From positions 1-64,000 of the IMG/VR virus record IMGVR_UViG_3300027974_000023: a stretch of DNA of 64,000 nucleotides; one strand, given 5' to 3'. This document shows positions 37,144 to 46,600 of the stretch, piece by piece; within the stretch, counting starts at the first letter, position 1; each line of letters opens with the position of its first letter. The DNA comes from a virus. The position numbers and the translations under genes are program-made. The notes beneath the pieces were generated by a model. The model made no database searches. It worked only from the letters and a program-made list of their open reading frames with translations, and was not told where the DNA came from.

Positions 37144-40041
37144 TTAGTATATGAATGGATATGTATTATCACCATATATGAAACCTCCTGATTGACCTTT
37201 TACTGCTCCAGGATAACCATTAGGGTTTTGTACAGCTTCTTTACTGTTATCACCATATAGTTCTTTATAAGCTGCAGCATGAGCTTTATCAGGATCCATT
37301 TTGTAAGTTTTAATATAATCATCCATCTTCTGTCTCATTGATGCAGCTTGTTCAGGCTTATTTGACTTACCCTGTGTAAAGCTCATTTTACCTCCAGAAG
37401 CAGCAGATGTATTATATTGTGGAAACATTTGGTTTAATGCATCTGTCTTCCATTTATTAGTGATAGAGTTTGCATATTGATTTCTTAAGTTACCTCTTAA
37501 TGCCATTTTTGAATTATCATACTGTTGGTTAGCCATAGTATTTTGATCATATAATCTAGACTTAATACCTTGATTAGCAGCAGCTTCTTGATTCTGAATA
37601 TTTGCATTATTAGTTTCAAACTGATTAGCAATATTTACATTGGCATTATTATATTTACCTAGAACATCAGCAGCATTTTTAGCAGCTTGTCCTTGAATAC
37701 CAGAAGATCTAGCAGACAATGCTTGAGGTCCAGCAAACTGCGCCATACCTGCGGTTTGTATATTTGCTTGTTCAGCATTAGCAGCAAGCTCTCTAGTTGG
37801 ATCTAAGAATGTAGGTTTAGGTGTTTGAAGATCTACAGAAGGAGCCCAAGGCATGTATTTTTTAACTTTCATTAAATCACCAAGTGCACCTGTAGTTTTA
37901 ATAGTATCTTGTAACCAAGTTTCTGCAGGTTTTTCAACATCAACAGTTACATCTTCTGTACATTCATTACATTCTCCTGTATTAGGATCAGTACCAGTAT
38001 CAGTTTTTGTACCATCAGATTTTTGACAAGGACATTTTTTTTCTACTTTAGTATCTTCTTCAGGTACTTCTTCATAAGTATCTTCAGCAGCAATTGAACC
38101 ATGTTTTTGTTCTAAGAAAGTATTACCCGCATCTCCTTCAACAGGAGATATAACAGCACCTTTACCATTACCATAGATATCTTTTTCATCTGCTCTACCA
38201 GTGTTCATTTCACTATTTTGAGTAAATGTGCGAAGTCTATCTTGTTCTTCTGGTGAATAATCTTTATAAGTTCCATTAGAAATAGCTTCACCTACTCTTC
38301 TATAAGCATGTGTTGAAATTTGTTGTTGAGCAACTTTAACTTTATCCACTTTTCCATCAGGTCTAAGCGGTAATGCTGGAGCTCCAACATCCTTAATCAT
38401 TTTTTCTCTACTTGTCCAACCTTTTGTTTTGTACTCTTCAAGTTTCTTTTTAGCACTAGCTAAATTAAAAGGTTGACCAGTATCAGGATTAATAGTACCT
38501 TGAGCAACAATATGAGCTGGTGTATCAAGACTAAAACCATCATTAGTTAACATTCTAGGATTAGCACCATTTGCACTTAACATAATATTTCTTTTATTGC
38601 TTTCTAACAAAGCATTTATTTTATCATCTGCTGATAAATTAGCTTCTGTAAGTTTACCTTTAAAATAATCACCAGTCTTTTCAGTAAAAGCTTTTGGATC
38701 ATTTATAGTTTTATCATATTGTTCAAGATATGCTTTTCTAACTGGTGACTTTGGATCTTTATATTCTTTTTCAAGAAGTCCTATTTGAGCAGCAGCAATT
38801 CTATTAGCTTGAGTATCTTTTTCTATTCCTAAACCTTTAAGTTGCTCAGGAGTAATACCTTTTGCTTGTTCTTCTGGTGTTAATGCTTTACGCTCTTTTG
38901 CTTTTAAAGGTTTACCATTTCTAGTAATATTAAATTTAGCATTAGGATCAGTCTGTTTTTTAATTCTCATTTGTTGATTAATCCATGCATCATCTTTATC
39001 AGATGCATCTAAAGTAATTGGTTCAGCACCACCAGTAGGTGCTACAGTACTTGCACCTTTATCACCTTGATATTCATTTAATCCACCACCTCTTGCATAT
39101 CTTGGAGTATGAGGTCTTCCAACATAGTTACCAGAGTTAATACCCATTGGCATACTATATTGTGCTTGCTCTAGAAAATCTCCTGTTTCTACATCAGTAT
39201 ACGGAACATCATAACCACCCATGCTCATACCAAACTGAGCCATTGGTTCAGCAACTGGTTGACCTTGGTTTAATTCTTGAGCCTCTTCAAAACTTGGTTG
39301 TTGACTTTCAGCAGCTTCATTCTCTTGGTTTTCTGCCATGTCAGTTTCATCACCATTCATTTGTTGAGCTCTTTTTAATTGCCCATCAACTTGAGAACTT
39401 AATTGTTTTATTTCAGGAGAGATTAATGCATCTTCCTTAATTCCATTAACTTCCATGTATGGTTTAGCTGCAGCTGGAATACCTTGCGGGAATCCTTTCT
39501 TAGCTTCTTGTGCTAATGCTAGAGCTCCAAGTTTTTGAGTATAATTTTTTATCATTAACTCAGCAGTCTTTCTATCTATTACATCAGAATTTGGATCTTC
39601 AAGAAGTTTTCTGTATTTCTCAATATCATATTGTTTAGCTAATTCTGCAGGAGTATAACTTTTCTTACCTGTAGAACCTTTACCAAACTTATTTAAGATA
39701 TTAGGATCTTTCATATTCATCCCTCTGAAGTCACTATATATAAAAGTATCATCAGGAAGACTAAGTGGAACACCTCCGCCTGAGTGTCTAGGACCTTTGA
39801 TAGTTTTATATTCTGGCATTCCATCACCATTAAGATCACCCCAAACACCTTCACCTCCTTCAGCTTCTAGATTAGCGTCTTCTCTAGGAACAGCTGTGAT
39901 ATACTTACTAGTTTTTAGTTTTGGTTGACCAGTATAGGTATTGTAATCTGCACCACCCATAGCTGGTACATCATTAGCTAAAGAACCTTGTACTTGGTAA
40001 CCTGTTCTAGCTTGTGGTACTTTTGTAATTCTTACTTTCAT
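37144..40041 (-). CDS. virion cargo protein (crAss cargo protein 1-like)
   Basis: 965 aa; ANLEAEGGE...GPRHSGGGVP...IYSD motif seen in crAss-like internal proteins; Q/N/A-rich coiled C-terminus. Confidence 0.6.
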   Translation of the reverse strand: MKVRITKVPQARTGYQVQGSLANDVPAMGGADYNTYTGQPKLKTSKYITAVPREDANLEAEGGEGVWGDLNGDGMPEYKTIKGPRHSGGGVPLSLPDDTFIYSDFRGMNMKDPNILNKFGKGSTGKKSYTPAELAKQYDIEKYRKLLEDPNSDVIDRKTAELMIKNYTQKLGALALAQEAKKGFPQGIPAAAKPYMEVNGIKEDALISPEIKQLSSQVDGQLKRAQQMNGDETDMAENQENEAAESQQPSFEEAQELNQGQPVAEPMAQFGMSMGGYDVPYTDVETGDFLEQAQYSMPMGINSGNYVGRPHTPRYARGGGLNEYQGDKGASTVAPTGGAEPITLDASDKDDAWINQQMRIKKQTDPNAKFNITRNGKPLKAKERKALTPEEQAKGITPEQLKGLGIEKDTQANRIAAAQIGLLEKEYKDPKSPVRKAYLEQYDKTINDPKAFTEKTGDYFKGKLTEANLSADDKINALLESNKRNIMLSANGANPRMLTNDGFSLDTPAHIVAQGTINPDTGQPFNLASAKKKLEEYKTKGWTSREKMIKDVGAPALPLRPDGKVDKVKVAQQQISTHAYRRVGEAISNGTYKDYSPEEQDRLRTFTQNSEMNTGRADEKDIYGNGKGAVISPVEGDAGNTFLEQKHGSIAAEDTYEEVPEEDTKVEKKCPCQKSDGTKTDTGTDPNTGECNECTEDVTVDVEKPAETWLQDTIKTTGALGDLMKVKKYMPWAPSVDLQTPKPTFLDPTRELAANAEQANIQTAGMAQFAGPQALSARSSGIQGQAAKNAADVLGKYNNANVNIANQFETNNANIQNQEAAANQGIKSRLYDQNTMANQQYDNSKMALRGNLRNQYANSITNKWKTDALNQMFPQYNTSAASGGKMSFTQGKSNKPEQAASMRQKMDDYIKTYKMDPDKAHAAAYKELYGDNSKEAVQNPNGYPGAVKGQSGGFIYGDNTYPFIY

Positions 40042-40051
40042 CTTATCAAGA

Positions 40052-42082
40052 TTATAAATATTCTACTTCACCTCCATTAGCAAAGAAATCAGCTAATTCT
40101 TCTTCAGTCATTTCAACTTCATCCCCTTCAGTCATTCCACCTTCTTGCATATAACCTCCATATTGACCATATGCAAATCTACCAGCTGTTTGTTGACCTG
40201 TTTGATCTGGTCTAAACATTCCTGTTTGTTGACCGTATGCTACATAGTCACCTTTATCTTTATCTGATGAAGCATCATAAATGTTATCTGAATTAAAGTT
40301 ATTTTTTAAAAAATCAGAATTTTGTTTTGCTTGATCAATTCCAGCAAGAGCTCCTGTTAAAGTATCTGCTCCCGCATTAAATACATTTACAGCTTTTTCA
40401 CCATTAAAATTCATAGCTCTTTTTCTTTTATTATCAACACCAATAGTATTATACTCAGGAGTTTTTGCTTCTGTTTCAGGAGTTTGCCCAACTGCTTCTA
40501 CAGCTCCAGCTAAACTCTGAAAACTTTTTGGTATTGATGAAGGTGCTGGTGCTAAAATTGGTCCTAACGATGCTGTTGCATCAGATGCTGCATTTAATTT
40601 ATTTGTAGGAGATTTGACTGCTCCTGCAATTTGATACTCACCTAAAGCACCACCATATGCAAACTCAACTGGCGTATATTCAACCGGTGTAGGTTGATTA
40701 TACCAGTTTGGATTATCCATACTTAAATTTGAGGGCTTTGATTTTTGATATTTTGCGTTTAAGTCAAGTTGTTCTTTTTCTTTTTCTTTGTCTAAGTCAA
40801 CAAATTGGTGAACACCTTTATCAAAAGCTGCATTATCTCTTTTATATCTAGCCTCTCTTCTATCATACATTTTATCACGCATTCTTTGTACTAAAGAAAC
40901 ATCATAATCTTTCTTAGACCCTGTATCTTTTTTAGACTCAGTGTCTTTTTTACTTGCATTATCTGTTTGAGGAGCATTAGAATAAATATCAGTCCATTCT
41001 TTCGGTCTACCAAAGATTCCTGTTTTAGTTACTCTTCTTTCAATAGGATGATAACCTTCCATACTGCCTTCATATTTTTTATGATCAGCAACATGATAAG
41101 GATTGGATTGTAGTAATTGTTTTTCTGAACTAACAAGTCTATTCCAAGGTATAAAGTTTCTTAAACCACCATCCGTTGTAACATATTTAGGAACATAGTT
41201 AATTCTAGCTTTTCTTACCTCAGCACCTTTTTGAGCATATTGTTCATCATAACCACCTTCTTGTGCTACTGGAGCAAATGGAATTGGTTTTGCATTATCT
41301 CCTTGACCTAATGTATCTGCTATTTGCATTAAAGAAGGATCACCAGACTGCATCATCTTTCCATGCAATTCTTCAGTTTTAGCTGTGTCAGCTTGATTCT
41401 TTAATGTAGCTAAGAAATCAGATTTTCTTTTACTTACAGTATCTGTATCTGTATCTTGTAAATTTCCTCTACCTAATGGTTGATTCGGATCTACTTCTGC
41501 AGCATCACCTTCACCACCAGTTTGTTGTTTTTTAAGGTAATTCAATACATTTTTAGCAAAAGATTTTTTAGTTCCTCCTCTTTCAAATGTAACATTTCCA
41601 TAAGCATCAACATTAGTTTGATCCCATCCTATAGGAGTATAGCTTGGTACATATTCTTCAAGACCAGGAAATTCAAATGTTTGAGTACCTGGGGTATTTG
41701 CTATCATATTATCTATATCATAAGACTCAGGATCTTCTTGACCTTGATCAGTCAGTGTAGCATATTGATCTAATGCTTCTTGTTCACCACCATCTTGATA
41801 TTGAGCAGGTTCTGCTTCTTGTGGTTGAGACATACTTTGCATGATTTGTTGAATCAAGCTTTGTGCATTCTCTTCAGGTAAACCTGCTTCAACAAGCTTT
41901 TGATATATCTCTTCTGGAGCAGTTTGATTTTGTAATTCAGATTGTATATACTGAACATATTGATCCATACCACCATCAACTTGTGCACCTTCTTGAGCTC
42001 TGTGCAAAAATTGATTTGTTTTGTTTATGTATCTACCTTTACCGTCTGGTGCTTTGTAAATTCTTACAGTTCTTTTTTCCAT
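40052..42082 (-). CDS. internal virion protein, low complexity, multiple xQxGG motifs
   Basis: 676 aa; YQDGG, QQTGG, AQEGG, FAYGG, MQEGG. Confidence 0.6.
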   Translation of the reverse strand: MEKRTVRIYKAPDGKGRYINKTNQFLHRAQEGAQVDGGMDQYVQYIQSELQNQTAPEEIYQKLVEAGLPEENAQSLIQQIMQSMSQPQEAEPAQYQDGGEQEALDQYATLTDQGQEDPESYDIDNMIANTPGTQTFEFPGLEEYVPSYTPIGWDQTNVDAYGNVTFERGGTKKSFAKNVLNYLKKQQTGGEGDAAEVDPNQPLGRGNLQDTDTDTVSKRKSDFLATLKNQADTAKTEELHGKMMQSGDPSLMQIADTLGQGDNAKPIPFAPVAQEGGYDEQYAQKGAEVRKARINYVPKYVTTDGGLRNFIPWNRLVSSEKQLLQSNPYHVADHKKYEGSMEGYHPIERRVTKTGIFGRPKEWTDIYSNAPQTDNASKKDTESKKDTGSKKDYDVSLVQRMRDKMYDRREARYKRDNAAFDKGVHQFVDLDKEKEKEQLDLNAKYQKSKPSNLSMDNPNWYNQPTPVEYTPVEFAYGGALGEYQIAGAVKSPTNKLNAASDATASLGPILAPAPSSIPKSFQSLAGAVEAVGQTPETEAKTPEYNTIGVDNKRKRAMNFNGEKAVNVFNAGADTLTGALAGIDQAKQNSDFLKNNFNSDNIYDASSDKDKGDYVAYGQQTGMFRPDQTGQQTAGRFAYGQYGGYMQEGGMTEGDEVEMTEEELADFFANGGEVEYL

Positions 42083-42098
42083 ATTTTGGGTATATAAC

Positions 42099-42110
42099 TA
42101 ATATACTAAA
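42099..42110 (-). promoter_or_regulatory. putative late promoter motif TTTAGTATATTA
   Basis: Same motif recurs upstream of - strand genes at 51435, 58104 and 62183. Confidence 0.5.
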
Positions 42111-42139
42111 TTTTAATTTATTATGTAAACTTCAAAAGT

Positions 42140-43633
42140 TTAGTGTTCTTCAACAATATAACCTTGGTTAATGTACTCTTGTATTTCTTTAGGAGTGAGT
42201 TTTGCAACCATTCCGCCTTTTTGTTTTTTCCATGGATATTGACCAGACTTTCTGTATGTATCCATTTTTGCTTTGTGTCCATAAGTATCAGCAAACTGAG
42301 ATACCTGTACAGGTTTGCCATTAAGTGATTCAGCATAACCATATACTTCAGGATCTAGTACTTTACCATATAAAGAGTATGGTTGATAACCTTGAGGATA
42401 CTGTGCATTATTAACTTTAACTGATTTTGCTGTATTATTTGGTTTATCAACTATAACATCTTTTGGTTTAGATGTTTGTGAACCTTTAGGTTTTATATAG
42501 TCTTCTAAAGAAATTATTGATTCACCCTTAGGGTATACAAATTGTTTTTTTATTGACTTTGTTTTTGCAGCCAATGATGGATTAGTAGGATATTTTAAAT
42601 TTTCTTTGTTTAAGAACTCATCAAGTTCTTTTTTTGATTTAAACTGATCTTTTTTTAAATTAGCTAATATATCTTTTCTTTGCACATAGTTATTATATGC
42701 AGTAAGACTATCTTCATAAGAATTAACAGAATTTCTTGTTTCTATATTAGGAATTTTTTTTGTTTTTTCTACAGATTTTTTATTACCAGATTTAAAATCT
42801 ATTGGCTCAACTTCTGGCTTATAAGGTTTGATTATAGTTTGTGCAGGTTTAGTTTGTTTACCATACACATCTCCAAATTTTGTAAGTGCTTGTGATTTGA
42901 TTTTTTTCATTTTTTGAATGTAAGTATCATTCTTTTTTGCATAGTCCATTTGTTCTTTTTCTGAAACATTAGGATCTTTTTCATAGTTATTTGCAAGCAT
43001 ATTATTCAATGTACTTAAATTATACATTGATAAACTATCATCATAAGCTTTTTTTCTAAATGCATAATCTTTATCATTTTTTGCTGTATATACGCTTGGT
43101 TTTGGTGATTTGCTTGTATTAACACTTTTACCTTTCTTAGCTTGATTAAGTTCTGGTACAGATATGTCTTCTACAATGAATCCACCTTTTACATATTGGT
43201 CAATTTCATCTTGTGTAAGATCTGCTTCTACATCACCACCATCTTGAAAGTGTTTTGCTTTAGGATCAAATTCTCTATGCTTATAATTCTTAAATAAAGG
43301 ATGAACCTTAAGTAATTTGTTAGTTCCAGAAATACTTTTAGTTTTCTTTTTGCTACCTCCTTTTTTCATTTGTGGATATTCATCTACATAGTCTGCTCCT
43401 GGAAAAGTATAGTCTGCTCCAGGAAGCATAATTTGTCTTTGACCTGTATCAGTTACACCAACAACAGGATAACCCACACCTTTCATGGTAATATCATTAC
43501 CAGGAATTCTAGTAGGTAAACCAGGATATTTCCACTGACCCATTGGATCAGTGATTATATCTTTAGGTTTTGCAGGAGCTTTAGCTTTGTCCAACTCAGC
43601 TGTAGCTTTAGATAGAGCTTTTTTATTGTACAT
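42140..43633 (-). CDS. basic internal virion protein
   Basis: 497 aa; N-terminal DPMGQWKYPG...ITMKGV...YTFPGADYVDEYP domain; MKKGG, FQDGG, KQKGG motifs. Confidence 0.6.
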   Translation of the reverse strand: MYNKKALSKATAELDKAKAPAKPKDIITDPMGQWKYPGLPTRIPGNDITMKGVGYPVVGVTDTGQRQIMLPGADYTFPGADYVDEYPQMKKGGSKKKTKSISGTNKLLKVHPLFKNYKHREFDPKAKHFQDGGDVEADLTQDEIDQYVKGGFIVEDISVPELNQAKKGKSVNTSKSPKPSVYTAKNDKDYAFRKKAYDDSLSMYNLSTLNNMLANNYEKDPNVSEKEQMDYAKKNDTYIQKMKKIKSQALTKFGDVYGKQTKPAQTIIKPYKPEVEPIDFKSGNKKSVEKTKKIPNIETRNSVNSYEDSLTAYNNYVQRKDILANLKKDQFKSKKELDEFLNKENLKYPTNPSLAAKTKSIKKQFVYPKGESIISLEDYIKPKGSQTSKPKDVIVDKPNNTAKSVKVNNAQYPQGYQPYSLYGKVLDPEVYGYAESLNGKPVQVSQFADTYGHKAKMDTYRKSGQYPWKKQKGGMVAKLTPKEIQEYINQGYIVEEH

Positions 43634-46600
43634 TATCTTTGAGATATTTCATTTTTACTATCACTAATTTTCAAAATGATATTAGTGTTACCTGATATTT
43701 TTTTCTTTAAGTTAATAAAACTCATGTAATGTCTGAATTTTTTTCTTTCTAATTCTGGTTTTGTATAGTCAAGATTATTTGAATTAAGTACTCTTCTGAA
43801 TCCATCAGGTTCTGTAACCCATGTGCTTTCATTTGAATAGTTACCAATCAAAGTTGTAGTTCCTGGTATATACTGACCTTGTCCAGCAGGATAAGGAGAA
43901 CCAATTGGGAACTCACCTCTATTATTAGTTATATCCCAAAACTGATTAAATCTATATTTGTTTTCTTCTTTTGTAAATAAAATATCAAATGAAGTTCCTG
44001 TAGCTGGATTTAATCTTGGAAATTGTCTTGTAAGAGGTAGGTCATTCTTAGGATATATATTAAGATTTAAGTAACCAGATACTTGCTCTGAATTATATAT
44101 CACAGCACTATCAAAGTTATAATCTAATACATGATAAGAGTCAACACAGTTATCAGTTTTTCTGTATGCTTCCATGATATATTCAATGGATCTTGTAGTA
44201 GTAACTGTCTGACCTGTTGTGATTGGAATATCAATTTCACATGCATAATCAACACCATAGTAATTACAGTAGTTATCACAAATCCAGTTATGTCTCCATC
44301 CACCAGTACCTTTTGTAGATATGAATACATCTTTTGTAGGCAATAATAGATCAGGATGCCAGTCATGGAAACTAATCCAGAACTGATTCTTAGGGTCATA
44401 ACTTACAGTCCATGAGGCATCTCTAAATAAAATAGGATCACCTAATTTAAACTTAGCTGATATGTTACCATTAATCATAAAGTAATCACCTGTATTATCT
44501 CCTTTAAGCGGTACATAGGTTACTTGTCCTTTATACTCATCTTTAAGTTGATAATCCTTTTTACAGAAATATAAAATAGTATTTGTATTATCAAATACAG
44601 ATTGACATCCAATACCTGCTACAGGATTATCTTGATAAGGATATAATGGGAAATCTTGTAAAAGCTTGTAAGGTAAGAACAGGGTGAACCACCATTTCAT
44701 ACCTTGCTGAGAAATTTCTTGTAATCCGTCTCCAATTGAGAATATCTTACCTGCCGCTTGAGACATATAGTATATACCTACTGGTGTAGATATAACGGAT
44801 AGTCTATTTTGAGATGCTCCATACTCATATGGTTTATCAGCATTAGTTAATTGTTGAGGTGGTTGACTAAATAAACCTCCATCACCTAATGTAACTTTAG
44901 TACCTAAATCAGTTTGAAGAGTATCTACACCCTGATACATTATAGGACTATCATTTTTAAATGTAATTACAATACCAGATTTGTTTATTGCTTTAACTCC
45001 ACTTACTTTAGATTTAAAAGTTTTATAGTTGTTTACTAAATAAATAAACCAACTATCTTTTACCATCTCATCTTGTTGTGGCAATGAATAAATAATTCTG
45101 TTTGGGTAATAAGTATAACATAAGTCAGCTACATTTGGATTGTAATATCTACTTTGTATAGTACTTAATGAAAAGTATTGATTATATAACTTAGATACAC
45201 TTAATGAATAGTCATATTGATTATAACTATTTACACCAAGTATAGTTGGGTTAGTATCAAACATTGAATTATAATCTGTGAAATTATACGGGTTATAATA
45301 TTTTCTTGCTATTTCTTCTGGTTGTGTTCTAAAATCTACAAGAACTTCAGATTCTACAAAGAAGTCTTTTATAGAAGAAACAGCTAAATAAAATGCTGAT
45401 TGTTTACAAACAAATAATCCAGGATAATTTGATGCTACATCATTAGAATAATTATATTTTTGACCATCGTCTACATAGTAATCAAGATTGTAAAAATCAG
45501 AAGGTGTAACACCTTCTCCAGGAGGAGCTGTTATACTACTACCAGAAAGAATAGTAACAATGTTTTTAAAATCTACAGCCCCTGCTAAATCTTGAATATC
45601 ATATTTTCTACTATTCAATCTGAATCTTGGATTAGGAATCATACTTCTTAAATAATAGTTATATTCAAAACCATCAGGTTGATCATATAACCAATCATAA
45701 AAAAAACACATGCTGTCTTTTTCAGTATATCTATTAATATATGTATCACCTCCAAACATTAAAGGAGATCTGTAAATTGTATTCTTAGTTTTGTTTACAC
45801 CATTACAAACTACAGTTGATGGATTAACTATAGTATTAGCAATCTTTTGCTCACATGTACCAACCGGTAATTGTTTAATAGAATCTAATTGACCATACTG
45901 GTTTCTCACTCTACCTCTTATAGCACCATAGTGACTTTGAATAGGTAATGAAAAAGTACGATCAAGATGTGTAAAATCTGGTTTGACTGTACCTGTAGGT
46001 AAGTAATTATTAAAATCAGATGCTTGTAACAAAGTACCTAATGTTGTTAATGACTTATCACCAGATAATAACTTAGGACCTATATTTTGATTATTACCAG
46101 CTTTTGTTCTTACAACTACTTTAGGTGATCTTTTTATATTATTAAGACTATAAGATCTCCACGCACCTGTGTTATCTTGATATCTAGAAACAGTTTGTAT
46201 ATTATCTCTTAAATAAAAACCATCTTCCATTTTAAATCTTGTGATATCTGTATTTAAGTTTTTATCCATATTTGAATAAAAACCGTATGCTTTTTGCTGT
46301 AATGCAAATTGTTTATATCCTACTACAGCATAAATCAAATCTAATGTTACTCTTGCTCCTTCAGAAAAGTAAAAAGCAATTTTTGCAAGATTATTAAGAA
46401 CAGCAAGAGCTGTTGGTAAATATTGTGAAGGTGCAAATTCTGTATTTAATTGTGAACCTGTGTACACACCACCATCGGCCGATAGTCCAAGTGCTGCATT
46501 GGTACTGTATATAGTTTCTAAACCACCACCACCAGCCATTGCATCTGCAATTATTACACCACCTACTCCATAAATTGTTTTTGATTTTGTAAAGTCAGCA

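Noticed and set aside
40905-40956. SKKDT tandem repeat (three copies) in the 676-aa protein
   Set aside because: Short slippage-type repeat in a disordered linker with no evidence of function.
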